DNA of 64,000 nt from an uncultured Latescibacterota bacterium (GTDB lineage: Bacteria > Latescibacterota > UBA2968): NCBI GenBank assembly GCA_951812545.1, contig OX638317.1, forward strand, positions 5,843,014 through 5,907,013, written 5' to 3'. How positions within the stretch are numbered: position 1 is the first letter of the stretch; each line of letters starts with the position of its first letter. A model generated the notes under the pieces. The model was not told the origin of the DNA. It saw only the letters and a program-made list of their open reading frames with translations, and searched no databases. Below, piece after piece: positions 37,252 through 45,695 of the stretch. Both the position numbers and the translations under genes were made by a program.

Positions 37252-38274
37252 TCAAGCAAGTGTCAGGGCTTCTCTGGCAGCTTGGGCTTGGGGTGAGTTG
37301 GGATCGCGTTGTATGGCGCGGTTCATAGCAATATGTGCGCGTTTATCTCCTGCTTTAGCCAGTTCGAGTGCTTCTGAAAAACCTTTCTCCGAATAGCTGA
37401 GGTCGCGGGGTATGATGCGGTTGTCCTGATTTTCCCAGTAGTATTTGAGGTCGTCGGTTTTCCAGTCTTTGTACACATCTTTCCATGTGAGATTGTTGAA
37501 AATGTTCAGATGGGGTTCGAGCATGTGCTCAGATAGGGTATCGCCGAGTTTTTGATAGCGGTTGTCGAGGGAGACGCGAAGGCGATCTTCGGTGAGATTT
37601 GGCAGGGCCTGGTGTACTGTGAGTGCGGGGAAGATAAGGGTATCGCCGATTTCGTAGTTGGTGCTGTGCCATTGGCCTTCCAATTCGTCGGTGTGGATGC
37701 ACAGGCTGCCCGCGCCCAGAGAGAAGTGGTGTTCCATGACTGCATTGATTTTGTGAGAGCCGGGCAGTACGGCGAGACCACCCAGTTCAATGGGACAGTC
37801 GCCAACAGGTGCCCAGCAGGTATAGGTGTCAAAGTTGCCCTGAAAGTGTACGAAGTCCTGGTGAATCGGTGTGGTGTGCGCCGTGTATTTTGGAAACCAC
37901 AGGCGAGCGACTTTGTGCGGATGAGGGAAAACAGGGCCGTCCATCACTTTTTCGAGCAGGTCGAGTACTTCTGGTTCATGGGCGATGCGGTGAAAGACTT
38001 CGAGTTTGTACACTTCGTGATATACGTCGGTGTATTCGGGGTCGCCTTCGGTACACTGCCTGGATATATCGGCGATGCCATCTATGGGATCGGTTCCCTC
38101 GACGAGCCAGGGTGTCATTCTGTTGAGCATTTGTCGCCGCAAATCCCAGAGTTTGTCCGGGTTCTGCAATTTGCGGAAGAAGAGATACCCCTCTTCACGG
38201 ATGCGCCGCCGCAACTCTTCCGAATCGTTGATCGCGTCGTTGGATACGCGCAATTCTGCAATCTGGTCAGTCAT
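37252..38274 (-). CDS. phytanoyl-CoA dioxygenase (PhyH) family Fe(II)/2-oxoglutarate oxygenase
   Basis: 340 aa. PhyH-like layout with HQDFVHF (His-x-Asp), a later His, and a helical C-terminal tail. Confidence 0.75.
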   Translation of the reverse strand: MTDQIAELRVSNDAINDSEELRRRIREEGYLFFRKLQNPDKLWDLRRQMLNRMTPWLVEGTDPIDGIADISRQCTEGDPEYTDVYHEVYKLEVFHRIAHEPEVLDLLEKVMDGPVFPHPHKVARLWFPKYTAHTTPIHQDFVHFQGNFDTYTCWAPVGDCPIELGGLAVLPGSHKINAVMEHHFSLGAGSLCIHTDELEGQWHSTNYEIGDTLIFPALTVHQALPNLTEDRLRVSLDNRYQKLGDTLSEHMLEPHLNIFNNLTWKDVYKDWKTDDLKYYWENQDNRIIPRDLSYSEKGFSEALELAKAGDKRAHIAMNRAIQRDPNSPQAQAAREALTLA

Positions 38275-38392
38275 GGCCTGCTCCTGTGGTAATGAGGAGA
38301 TTTGGGCGATTTCTATGCGGAGGGGATAGCCAAATTCCCTATAATGTATGTATTCCGTATATTAGAATGCAACTTAAATTAGTAGAGATAAG

Positions 38393-39587
38393 CATGGTAC
38401 ACGACAAAACGCTAAAAAGGTTGAAGTCATAGTTTTTTCAAGAGAGCGAGACAGTATTTAAACTCACACCGATGGGCTTGAATATTTAGGAGAAGATACT
38501 GCAAGTAATCAAGTCCATATCGAAAGAGGCTCTTCTCCCGATATCCATGCGTTTTAATTTTCAGCGGATGATGTTTTGCAACCCATTCACCAACGATATG
38601 CGCCCAGCTACATGCAATAGCCAGAAGTGCAACGAGCTTTTCAATGCGATCTTCGTGGACGAGATGGGTCGCTTCCAGATCAAAGCCTCGACTTTTAAGA
38701 TTTGCAAAAAAGACTTCGATGCCCCAGCGTTTTTTGTATGCGACCAATGCCCACTGTCCTTGTGCTTTACTGGCAACAATGAGGCATTCATCCTTCAATC
38801 GTATCGCAGACAGATAGAGCGCATGCCCATAAACGCGACGGGGTTTGCGTAAAATCGTTTGCTGGTGTATTTGCAGGTTTTGGAACAGCTTTTTTAGGGG
38901 TATCTCTTTATTGTCTGATTTGACGATGGCGTTTTCCTTGATGCGGATGGCGAACGGGATATGTTGTGTGTCTAACCAAGCAAACCATTCTTGCCCAATA
39001 AATTCCCGATCTGCAACCACAACGTGGATTTGGGATTTGGGAATGCGTGTAAGCACCTGTTCCATCAAATTGATGCGCTCCCGTGTATTAGAATTGCCCC
39101 GTTTGGATAACAGCATCCAACAGATGGGAAATGCCACGCCTTGATAGATAATCCCTGCGGCGAGTATGTTGATATTAAATTTACCCAACTTCCAATTGGT
39201 ACGGTCTATTGAGACGGTAAAATCGGACTTTATGGGTAACAAGTGCAAGATCAGCCCTGTCAGACACTCATAGGACAGATCAAAGTGTGCAAAGAAGCGT
39301 TGGATGCGACGATAATTGGATTTTTGCTTAACATTGCCATTGAGTGCGTTTGCCAGTTTGGTAAAATTGACGCTGGTCAATTTAATCAGAGACACAATGA
39401 ACGCGGCGATGAATCTCACGCGCGCTTTATGCCATGGAAAATATCCTTGCATAACTTCTTGAAGTTCGATAGTTTCAGTGGACATAGACCTGTGCTTTGT
39501 TGAGATGAGAAGGTTCGTTTCGGGACATTCAAACCTAACTCTTTTTAGCATTTTTCACAGGTCTTTTATTTTTTGTCGTGTACTTTG
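38393..39587 (-). mobile_element. IS4-family insertion sequence, apparently intact
   Basis: 1195 bp. Perfect 13-bp inverted core GTACACGACAAAA (38397-38409) / TTTTGTCGTGTAC (39571-39583). Flanked by the 9-bp direct repeat AGAGATAAG (38384-38392 and 39588-39596). Confidence 0.8.
38427..39485 (-). CDS. IS4 family DDE transposase
   Basis: Start moved to ATG 39485 (MSTETIELQE). Candidate DDE residues in SIDRTNW, VVADREF and the exact Y-x2-R-x3-E-x6-K signature YKKRWGIEVFFANLK. Confidence 0.8.
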   Translation of the reverse strand: MSTETIELQEVMQGYFPWHKARVRFIAAFIVSLIKLTSVNFTKLANALNGNVKQKSNYRRIQRFFAHFDLSYECLTGLILHLLPIKSDFTVSIDRTNWKLGKFNINILAAGIIYQGVAFPICWMLLSKRGNSNTRERINLMEQVLTRIPKSQIHVVVADREFIGQEWFAWLDTQHIPFAIRIKENAIVKSDNKEIPLKKLFQNLQIHQQTILRKPRRVYGHALYLSAIRLKDECLIVASKAQGQWALVAYKKRWGIEVFFANLKSRGFDLEATHLVHEDRIEKLVALLAIACSWAHIVGEWVAKHHPLKIKTHGYREKSLFRYGLDYLQYLLLNIQAHRCEFKYCLALLKKL

Positions 39588-39703
39588 AGAGATAAGTTTA
39601 ATTTATATGATAAGGACTCGCAAACTTTGTTTGCTAAATCTGTGCAAATCTACGATAATTAAGAGCGATACTCTGGTGACGCTAACCAACCACTGAGTTT
39701 ACC

Positions 39704-42700
39704 ATGCATCCCAAATCTTCTCTTTTGCCGCGTATTTCGGTGTTGCGACCCGTGTCCGTTACCATGTGCCTTGTCGCGCTATTGGTGCTGGGGGCGGTGG
39801 CGTATGTGCGTATGCCCGTCGAGATGATGCCCGATGGTTTGACGCCGCCCTTTTTGGCTGTGTCTGTTGGGTATCGCAATGCCTCTCCGCAGGAAACCGA
39901 GCAACAGATTACCCTGCCGCTGGAAGAGACGCTGCGTACCGTAAAGGGTATTAAGACCATGCGTAGCTACAGTTCTAAGGGCGCACGCGTGCATATGGAA
40001 TTTCGCCAATATACAGATATGGTGGTTGCGTACAATCAGGTTTCGGATCGGCTCGAGCGCCTCAAGCCCTTACTTCCGGAAGAGGCGCGAGATGAGGTGC
40101 GTATTCACAAATACGATCAGGATTCGTGGCCTGTTATGTATGTGGCTGTGGCAGTAGATCCGGCTATTGCGGAACCCTTTCAGTTTATCGAGACCTTTGT
40201 GCAATATCCTTTGGAACGCGTGGATGGGGTTGGGCGTGTGGATATATTTGGCGCAGATCGCAAGGAAGTGATGGTGGAGGTGGATCAAGAGCGCATGAGG
40301 GCGCGCGGCGTGCGCATTGGCGAGATTGTTTCGACCTTGAGGAGCGACAATTTCGTGCTTGCCGGGGGCTATGTGCGCGAAGGCACAAAGAAATTTTACG
40401 TGCGGTCGCTGGCGCAGTATGTCACGCTGAGAGAAATTGAAAATATCCAGATTCAATCGCGGGCAGGCAAGGTGCGCCTGGGCGATGTGGCTTCGGTGGT
40501 TTTCGAGGTGCCCGAAAAGTCGTGGACGCAGCGCATTGATGGCAAAAGAGGTATGAGTTTTGGCATCAGACAGGAATCGGGTGCAAATGTCGCGAATGTG
40601 ACCGATCGGGTTGTGGCAAAATTGAAAGCTATCGAAGAAGATCCGCGCATGGCCGGGCAGGTGTCGTTTCAAGTGATGTTCAATCAGGGATTTTTTGTCA
40701 AGGAATCGATTCGCAATCTTCGGGAAACCGGGCTTTGGGGCGGGTTGTTTGCCGCGCTGGTGTTGTTGTTCTTTTTGCGTACCGTGCGGATGACGGCCAT
40801 TATTACACTGGCTATTCCGCTGTGTGTGATGATTGCGATGACTGCGTTGTATTTTGTCGGCTGGTCGCTCAATGTGGTAACTATGATGGGGCTTATGGTT
40901 GGGGTTGGGCTGGTTGTGGATAATGCCATTGTGATTTTGGAGAATATTTATCGGCGGCGGGGCAATGGCGAGGCGCCCGAAGATGCCGCCATCTTTGGCG
41001 CGAGTGAGGTGGGGCAGGCCATTACTATGGCGACGTTTACGACGGTGGTGGTGTTTTTGCCCATGATGTTGTTTAGCGGCAATATGTTTATGACTTTTTA
41101 TATGACGCGCATGGGCGTTCCGGTTGGGGTGGCTCTGGTGGGGTCGCTATTTGTGGCACTGTTATTTATTCCCCTGGCATCTGTGCGATTGGGCAAAGGT
41201 CGGGTGCGTCCCAATCCCAAAATTATTGTGAAGGCGCGAGGAATTTATGAACGCATGTTGAGTTGGACATTGCGACACCGTCGGGACGCGGTGTTGATCG
41301 CGCTGGCACTTGCGGCAACGACGATGTATCCCATGGACAATCTGAAGCGCGCAGACCGCCACCGCGGGGACAAGTTTAACGATTTGGACGTGCGGTTGAA
41401 GTTGCCGCGTCACTTTTCGGAGGAAGAAACCGAGGATATTGTGGGGGAGGTCGAGGAATTTTTGGAGGCGCAGCGCGAAAAATACGGCTATGAAACCCTG
41501 CGCGTTTATTATCGACCTGGCTACGGTAATCTGAGCTTGTATATGCCGGCTAAGAGCGATGATCCGTGGTGGTACGTGGCGTATAAAAATACGCGCAATG
41601 CCCTGGGGATACCCGTTGCTGGACCAATGGAACGGGCTGAGATCGTGGAAGATATTAGCAAAAATATGCCCAGATATGTGGCTGTGCGGCATTCTGTGGA
41701 AGGGCGTGGCGATGGGGGCGGTGGTGGCGAGCCGGGCGTGTCGATTTATCTGATAGGCGATGATACCGAGGTTCTGGTCAGTCTCGTCGATGAGGTGGAG
41801 CGGCGTTTGAGACAAATCCCGTCTCTCGTTGGCGTTGACACGGATCTGGAACTGGCCGATGACGAGGTGCGGATCGTGATTGATCGGGAGCGGGCGAAAC
41901 GACTTGGGATTTCTGTGCGGGATGTTGCGCGCTATATTTCTTATGGTCTGCAGGGGGTTTCGTTGCCCCGTTTTAAGTCCGATGACGGCGAGGTGCGGGT
42001 GCGGCTTTTTCTGGAGAGAGCAGACCGACAAAATTTGAATCAGTTGCGCAATTTTCCGTTTGAGACCGACGATGGTACAGAAGTGGCTTTGAGCGAAGTC
42101 GCCTTCTTCCAGGTCTCGCGGGGGATGGGGCGCATTGCGCGGTACGATGGCAAGGTCAAGTTGCGTGTCAGGGCTTATACGACGCGGGGAGATACCAGGG
42201 GTCTGGCCGAGGATATTGACAAAGTGATGGCCGGTCTCGAGTTGCCCCGCGGGTATTCGTGGGACAAAGGAGAGAGTTTCAAGCAACTTAAAGAGGACGA
42301 AGCCTCTGAGCGACTGGGGATTGTGATGGCGGTGACGTGTGTGTTTTTGTTGATGGGCGTTTTGTTCGAGTCGTTTATTTTGCCGTTTTCAGTGCTTTTT
42401 TCAATTCCATTTTCTTTTTTCGGTGTTTATTGGACGCTGTATTTGACAGATACAGCTATGGATCGAATGGCGTCTGTGGGGGTGATTGTGTTGATCGGTG
42501 TGGTGGTGAATAATGCGATTGTGCTGGTGGATATGGTCAATCGCTTGCGTGCCGATGGTATGGATCGCTTTGATGCAATTATGGAAGCGGGGCGCAATCG
42601 CTTTCGCCCCATTTTGATGACGACTTTTACAACGGTCTTTGGCTTGCTGCCCATGGCTGTGGGCGATAGCAATGCAATGGGTACGTCTTATGCGCCTTTG

Positions 42701-42871
42701 GGGCGCACGATGATGGGCGGGCTGTTGGCCTCGACGTTCCTGACTTTGCTGGTTGTGCCTTTGTTTTATACTTTGCTCGACGATTTGCGTCTGGCTATTC
42801 GGCGTTTGGGCGCTGGCGTGTTTGCCTCTCGCGCGAGGGATGAGGCTTATGATATAGCTGACGATGATTGA
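39704..42871 (+). CDS. RND efflux transporter permease (AcrB/AcrD/AcrF-type)
   Basis: 1055 aa. 12-TM RND topology with two large periplasmic loops. VVDNAIVILENI and VVNNAIVLVDMV are the TM4/TM10 signatures. No adjacent MFP or OMF gene. Confidence 0.9.
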   Translation: MHPKSSLLPRISVLRPVSVTMCLVALLVLGAVAYVRMPVEMMPDGLTPPFLAVSVGYRNASPQETEQQITLPLEETLRTVKGIKTMRSYSSKGARVHMEFRQYTDMVVAYNQVSDRLERLKPLLPEEARDEVRIHKYDQDSWPVMYVAVAVDPAIAEPFQFIETFVQYPLERVDGVGRVDIFGADRKEVMVEVDQERMRARGVRIGEIVSTLRSDNFVLAGGYVREGTKKFYVRSLAQYVTLREIENIQIQSRAGKVRLGDVASVVFEVPEKSWTQRIDGKRGMSFGIRQESGANVANVTDRVVAKLKAIEEDPRMAGQVSFQVMFNQGFFVKESIRNLRETGLWGGLFAALVLLFFLRTVRMTAIITLAIPLCVMIAMTALYFVGWSLNVVTMMGLMVGVGLVVDNAIVILENIYRRRGNGEAPEDAAIFGASEVGQAITMATFTTVVVFLPMMLFSGNMFMTFYMTRMGVPVGVALVGSLFVALLFIPLASVRLGKGRVRPNPKIIVKARGIYERMLSWTLRHRRDAVLIALALAATTMYPMDNLKRADRHRGDKFNDLDVRLKLPRHFSEEETEDIVGEVEEFLEAQREKYGYETLRVYYRPGYGNLSLYMPAKSDDPWWYVAYKNTRNALGIPVAGPMERAEIVEDISKNMPRYVAVRHSVEGRGDGGGGGEPGVSIYLIGDDTEVLVSLVDEVERRLRQIPSLVGVDTDLELADDEVRIVIDRERAKRLGISVRDVARYISYGLQGVSLPRFKSDDGEVRVRLFLERADRQNLNQLRNFPFETDDGTEVALSEVAFFQVSRGMGRIARYDGKVKLRVRAYTTRGDTRGLAEDIDKVMAGLELPRGYSWDKGESFKQLKEDEASERLGIVMAVTCVFLLMGVLFESFILPFSVLFSIPFSFFGVYWTLYLTDTAMDRMASVGVIVLIGVVVNNAIVLVDMVNRLRADGMDRFDAIMEAGRNRFRPILMTTFTTVFGLLPMAVGDSNAMGTSYAPLGRTMMGGLLASTFLTLLVVPLFYTLLDDLRLAIRRLGAGVFASRARDEAYDIADDD

Positions 42872-42890
42872 TGGTTGAAGAGGATGTGTA

Positions 42891-42968
42891 ATGGAAATAG
42901 TGATTAGCCTGATTGCTGTGTATATAATCGCGGCTCTGGTAGTGAGGTGGCAGGGAAAGGGTAAATAA
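42891..42968 (+). CDS. candidate 25-aa single-TM micro-protein downstream of the RND pump
   Basis: ATG 42891 lies 6 nt after GAAGAGGA. Encodes MEIVISLIAVYIIAALVVRWQGKGK (hydrophobic helix plus basic tail). The stop is followed by the terminator at 42974. Below the ORF-track size cut-off. No homology evidence. Confidence 0.35.
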   Translation: MEIVISLIAVYIIAALVVRWQGKGK

Positions 42969-42973
42969 CGATT

Positions 42974-43002
42974 GTGGCGGCTTTGAGGTCGCCACTTTTT
43001 TT
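42974..43002 (+). terminator. putative intrinsic terminator after the RND pump / micro-ORF
   Basis: GTGGCG-(10 nt)-CGCCAC followed by TTTTTTT. Confidence 0.55.
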
Positions 43003-43011
43003 GGATTTTTT

Positions 43012-44040
43012 ATGTTAGAGAAAGACGATTTAGACAAACGCCCGCTGATGGGTGTTACGATGGGCGATCCGTGTGGTATAGGACCCGAAGTGATTTTGAA
43101 GGCTCTGGCACATGAGGAAAGCTATCGTGTGTGCAAGCCACTGGTTATTGGGCATCCGGAAATATTGAAGCGCGATATGGCTATGGCAGGTGTGCGACTG
43201 GATGTGCGGGTGGTGGATCAGCCCGAAGATGGTGTGTTTGAGTTTGGGTGTGTGGATATCTGGTGCCCGGTGGATGTGGATATGGATCAGATTGCTATGG
43301 GCGAGACGTGTTGCGAGGCGGGTAGAGCAGCGGCTGAGTGGGTGATTCGCGCAGTTGATCTGGCGATGGCGGATCGCATTGACGGTATTGTGACGGCGCC
43401 TTTGAATAAGGAGGCGATAAATCTGGCGGGTTATTCGTATGCGGGACATACGGAATTGTTGGCTGAGAAATCAGGTGCAGGACGCGCACATCTCATGCTG
43501 GTCTCCAATCGCATGAATGTGTCGCATGTGACGGGGCATATTGCGTTGCACGAGGTTCCCGATAGGCTTACGGTCGATCTGATTTACGATACGATTCGGC
43601 TGACCCGCGATGTGCTTATCGGCATGGGGAAATCAGATCCCAGGGTTGCGGTATGCGGGTTAAATCCACACGCGGGCGAGAATGGTTTGTTTGGTAGCGA
43701 AGATGCGGAGATCGTGCGTCCGGCTGTTGAAAAGGCTTTGAGCGAAGGCTGGCGCATTGATGGGCCTCTGCCTGCGGATACGACTTTTTTGAAGGCCTAC
43801 AATGGAATTTACGACGGGGTGGTGGCGATGTATCACGATCAAGGCCATGTGCCCGCAAAGCTGGTGGCGTTTGACGAGGCTGTCAATGTGACCCTGGGGT
43901 TGCCGATTGTGCGGGCGTCTGTGGATCACGGTACGGCTTATGATATCGCGGGCAAAGGCGTTGCCAAAGCCGTGAATATGTTGCAGGCGATTCGCGTGGG
44001 GAGTAAGTTGGCGATTTGGATTACTTCATCCCCGCAATGA
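43012..44040 (+). CDS. pdxA: 4-hydroxythreonine-4-phosphate dehydrogenase
   Basis: 342 aa. GDPCGIGPE, GHTELLA, GLNPHAGE, MYHDQGH and ASVDHGTA are PdxA motifs. Confidence 0.9.
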   Translation: MLEKDDLDKRPLMGVTMGDPCGIGPEVILKALAHEESYRVCKPLVIGHPEILKRDMAMAGVRLDVRVVDQPEDGVFEFGCVDIWCPVDVDMDQIAMGETCCEAGRAAAEWVIRAVDLAMADRIDGIVTAPLNKEAINLAGYSYAGHTELLAEKSGAGRAHLMLVSNRMNVSHVTGHIALHEVPDRLTVDLIYDTIRLTRDVLIGMGKSDPRVAVCGLNPHAGENGLFGSEDAEIVRPAVEKALSEGWRIDGPLPADTTFLKAYNGIYDGVVAMYHDQGHVPAKLVAFDEAVNVTLGLPIVRASVDHGTAYDIAGKGVAKAVNMLQAIRVGSKLAIWITSSPQ

Positions 44041-44398
44041 CGTCGAGGAGTATGAGGTGTGCGCCGGTATCGCCGAAGATGGGGGTGCGTGTGGGTGCGT
44101 TGTCGGGGAAAAACTCGGCGTAGGCGTCGTTGAAGTCCGAAAAGAGCGCGCGGTCTTTGAGGATGACGGTTACTTTCAGGACGTTGTCGAGCGATGTTCC
44201 CGCGTCTTCGAGTATGCCCGAGATATTGGTGAGAATGCACCGGGTTTGCGTTTTGATATCGTCTCCGACAATTTCATCGGTTTCCGGATCGACCGGGGGC
44301 TGAGCAGAGATGAAGATGAGGTCGCCGTAGATTATGGCCTGGGAGTAGGGGAATTTGGGGATGTTGCCGCGTTTGCTGGTGAAGGGTTGTTTTTTCAT
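44021..44398 (-). CDS. RidA/YjgF/UK114 family reactive-intermediate deaminase
   Basis: 125 aa. YSQAIIYGDLIFISAQ...DIKTQTRCILTNI..L...G..L.NVLKVTV. Its convergent 3' end overlaps pdxA by 20 nt. Confidence 0.85.
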   Translation of the reverse strand: MKKQPFTSKRGNIPKFPYSQAIIYGDLIFISAQPPVDPETDEIVGDDIKTQTRCILTNISGILEDAGTSLDNVLKVTVILKDRALFSDFNDAYAEFFPDNAPTRTPIFGDTGAHLILLDVIAGMK

Positions 44399-44547
44399 TG
44401 TGATCTCCTTGTGAAATGAATATTGAGAATGTGTAAATATAATTCTCTACGAAAAAAAACAAAAGGTTTAGATATGGGATGGGAGATGGGAACGTTCTGG
44501 CGTATTGGGTGGTCTAAGGATTAGTGCTAAAAAAATAGGAATGCGTT

Positions 44548-45027
44548 TTGGATATTTCAACCCAACAATCTCGGAGAGAAGGCGCTGATACGCTGCGGCG
44601 TTTTGTTCTCGTTATTTTGATAATGGGAATTGTCGGCACGGGAGCCGAGCTTGTTCTCCTTGAGCATATGGAGGATTTCTGGCAGTGGGTGCCCCTCGTG
44701 CTCTTTGTGGTGGCACTTCCATGCGCCGGCTGGCTCTTTGTCGCGCCTGGCGTGTCGAGTGTCCGCGTTTTTCAGATTGTTATGGTGTTGTTCGTTGTTT
44801 CGGGTTTTGTCGGCCAGTGGCTTCACTACAAGGGAAATGTCGAGTTCGAGTTGGAGATGTATCCATCCCGCAGCGGACTTGAGCTTGTTTGGGAGGCTTT
44901 GGGGGGTGCCACCCCGTCGCTGGCACCAGGTACGATGACACTTCTCGGGTTGCTCGGTTTGGTGGTTTGTTTTCGCCACCCCGGTTTGGGGGCTGGTGAA
45001 GTGAGAAATTCTCAGGAGGGAACATGA
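44548..45027 (+). CDS. hypothetical integral membrane protein (about 4 TM helices)
   Basis: 159 aa with four hydrophobic segments. First gene of three translationally coupled ORFs. No recognisable family. Confidence 0.5.
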   Translation: MDISTQQSRREGADTLRRFVLVILIMGIVGTGAELVLLEHMEDFWQWVPLVLFVVALPCAGWLFVAPGVSSVRVFQIVMVLFVVSGFVGQWLHYKGNVEFELEMYPSRSGLELVWEALGGATPSLAPGTMTLLGLLGLVVCFRHPGLGAGEVRNSQEGT

Positions 45028-45695
45028 ATATTTGCGGAAGAAGCGTGAGGTTTACCAACATGGTAGTGTTGCTCGTGTGTTTTGCGATGATCTGGGGTTT
45101 TGGTAGGTCGAATTCGGAAGAATCCACGAGTAGCGCGATGGTGGTTGTCAATCCAAATCTCGCGGGTGCCGATGAACTCGGCGCGCTTCCCGGGATGAGC
45201 AAAGCACTCGTTGACTCGATTATGGCGCAGCGCCCGTTCCTCGGTATGGAAGCATTGCACCCGGTTGTCACACAGCATCTTGGCGAGGAGGAGGTCGAGA
45301 AGCTCTACGTTCAGATGTTTATTCCGATTAATCTGAATACCGCCAGCGAGGAGGAGATTCTTCTGGTGCCTGGCGTGGGAAAGCGTATGGCGCACGAGTT
45401 TGAGGAGTACCGTCCTTATAAGGCTATCGCCCAATGGCGCCGTGAGATGGGCAAATACGTAGATGATACCGAGGTTGCGCGGATGGAGCAGTATGTTTTT
45501 GTGCCTATTGATTTGAACACCGCTACCAGAGAGGAAATCCTCGCCGTTCCCGGCGTGGGAAGGCGGATGGCACGCGAGTTTCAGGAGTACCGCCCGTATG
45601 TGAGTATGGAGCAGTTCCGGCGCGAGATTGGCAAGTACGTCGATGATGGCGAGGTCGCACGTCTGGAACGGTATGTGGAAATAAGGAGGCCGTGA
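45024..45695 (+). CDS. secreted helix-hairpin-helix repeat protein (ComEA-like HhH units)
   Basis: 223 aa with a signal-like N-terminus. Three repeats of N(L/P)N.A...E(L/I)...PG(M/V)(S/G)K..A..F.EYRPY. Confidence 0.65.
   Translation: MNICGRSVRFTNMVVLLVCFAMIWGFGRSNSEESTSSAMVVVNPNLAGADELGALPGMSKALVDSIMAQRPFLGMEALHPVVTQHLGEEEVEKLYVQMFIPINLNTASEEEILLVPGVGKRMAHEFEEYRPYKAIAQWRREMGKYVDDTEVARMEQYVFVPIDLNTATREEILAVPGVGRRMAREFQEYRPYVSMEQFRREIGKYVDDGEVARLERYVEIRRP

Noticed and set aside
37552-38292. 246-aa plus-strand ORF opposite the PhyH gene.
   Set aside because: It is antisense to a gene with a His-x-Asp dioxygenase motif. The Val/Gly/Phe-rich translation has no features.
41162-42286. 374-aa ORF antisense to the RND pump.
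   Set aside because: It lies inside a 1055-aa RND gene with canonical TM signatures. The translation is His/Arg/Pro/Gln-rich and shows no domain features.
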